A stretch of 64,000 nucleotides of DNA. It comes from an uncultured Candidatus Actinomarina sp. (GTDB lineage Bacteria > Actinomycetota > Acidimicrobiia > Actinomarinales > Actinomarinaceae). A program made the translations under genes and the position numbers. The notes beneath the pieces are model-generated. The model saw only the letters and a list, made by a program, of their open reading frames with translations. It was not told the DNA's origin and searched no databases. Positions 62,970 through 64,000 of the stretch are shown here, piece after piece. The stretch is taken from contig CABYTP010000002.1 of NCBI GenBank assembly GCA_902521955.1, positions 55,404 to 119,403 of the forward strand, read 5' to 3'. The stretch's first letter is position 1. Every line of letters begins with the position of its first letter.

Positions 62970-63584
62970 TTACTCTTCCTCCAGGGCTTGACCTTTTTCT
63001 GGATCTTTTTTCCCAACACCTAGTGAGCCAGACCAATTAACAATATTCTCAAAATTGGGATTTCCATTTGGAGAAGTTGCTCTCATCCAGCCATCAGATG
63101 TCTGTAGATCTGCAATATTTGTGAGTTTTGTCTGCTCCTCATGTGTGTTAGGTGTACCATCATCGTTTACAACTAAAACAGACTTATCAAAAATTGCTTC
63201 AGACCTATTAGCTACACTCATTTCAAATAATGAGGTCATTGTTATTGCTTCTGTTGGACATGCTTCTACACAAAGTGCACAATAAATACATCTAAGCATG
63301 TTGATTTCATATATAAAACCGTATCTTTCGCCAGGACTTACTGGGTTGTCTTCTGGGTTGTCTTCACCTCTAACATAAATACATTGGGCAGGACAAACCC
63401 CAGCACAAAGTTCACAACCAATACATTTCTCCATTCCGTCTTCATATTTATTTAAAACATGTCGACCATGAAATCTTTGTGGCTTTTCTCTAAATTCTTT
63501 TGGATACTTATCTGTTACAGATTTTCTAAAAAGTTCTTTGAAAGTAACTTTTAAACCTTTAAATAAACCAAAACTTTCACTCAT
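62970..63584 (-). CDS. nuoI: NADH-quinone oxidoreductase subunit I (cluster 2)
   Basis: CIGCELCAGVCP and CIYCALCVEACP; SPGERYG motif. Confidence 0.96.
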   Translation of the reverse strand: MSESFGLFKGLKVTFKELFRKSVTDKYPKEFREKPQRFHGRHVLNKYEDGMEKCIGCELCAGVCPAQCIYVRGEDNPEDNPVSPGERYGFIYEINMLRCIYCALCVEACPTEAITMTSLFEMSVANRSEAIFDKSVLVVNDDGTPNTHEEQTKLTNIADLQTSDGWMRATSPNGNPNFENIVNWSGSLGVGKKDPEKGQALEEE

Positions 63585-63587
63585 AAT

Positions 63588-64000
63588 TTAACTCCAAGGT
63601 AATCCAAACTCTCTCAAGCCAAGAACAACTGCGGATAAAATCAACCAAACTAAAGATGCGGGAATTAATCTTTTCCATCCTAATTCCATTAGTTGATCAT
63701 ATCTAAGTCTTGGAAGGGTAGCTCTTATCCATACAAAAATAAAAAGGAGGCTGAAAGTTTTTACACCTAGCCATATTATTGGCATTATGGAAGACAAAAA
63801 TGGAGGTAGGAAATTATCAAATGTAGGTCCTAGCCATCCACCTAAGAAAAATGTTGCTGTTATTGCACACATGTTAAACATATTTATATATTCAGCTAAA
63901 AAAAACATCGCAAATCTAAATCCAGAATATTCAGTATGAAATCCTCCGACTAACTCTTGTTCAGCTTCAACTAAATCGAATGGTGCTCTATTTACTTCTG
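63588..64000 (-). CDS. nuoH: NADH-quinone oxidoreductase subunit H (cluster 2), 5' part outside window
   Basis: RAPFDLVEAEQELVGGFHTEYSGFRF, WIRATLPRLRYDQLM. Confidence 0.95.
   Translation of the reverse strand, partial: EVNRAPFDLVEAEQELVGGFHTEYSGFRFAMFFLAEYINMFNMCAITATFFLGGWLGPTFDNFLPPFLSSIMPIIWLGVKTFSLLFIFVWIRATLPRLRYDQLMELGWKRLIPASLVWLILSAVVLGLREFGLPWS

Overview
AT-rich bacterial chromosome segment with almost no intergenic DNA. The proteins are actinobacterial (RpoC N-terminal coiled-coil insert, tRNA-Tyr/Thr/Met-rpmG...tRNA-Trp-secE-nusG layout, Actinobacteria-type NuoI), which best fits a streamlined marine low-GC actinobacterium such as Ca. Actinomarina (inference). 1-28 kb is one uninterrupted minus-strand run of 4 tRNAs, rpmG, an ECF sigma/zinc-binding anti-sigma pair, secE-nusG-rplKA-rplJL-rpoBC-str-S10-spc-adk-map. 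28-43 kb holds accessory genes and an 11-subunit complex I operon (nuoABCDHIJKLMN, no nuoEFG) followed by an NDUFAF7/MidA-like methyltransferase and htpX. 43-57 kb holds a phosphodiesterase, a DUF4349 lipoprotein, heliorhodopsin, an iron/heme locus, tdk, a quinone oxidoreductase and an ABC-2 exporter. 57-64 kb is the distal half of a second complex I operon. The best candidate for an undescribed system is the iron/heme locus (46-52.5 kb): an Fe3+ ABC importer, a Cys-insert ferrochelatase, two unannotated divergent Cys-Pro micropeptides, a DtxR/IdeR-fold regulator lacking most metal ligands, a shared GTTAA-N6-TTAAC palindrome and ybaN. Also notable: loss of zinc ligands in RpoC, Tdk and S14, a probable ATT start for nuoN, small membrane ORFs coupled to operons, and pervasive leaderless-type promoters. 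All family calls come from motif recognition by eye; no searches were run.
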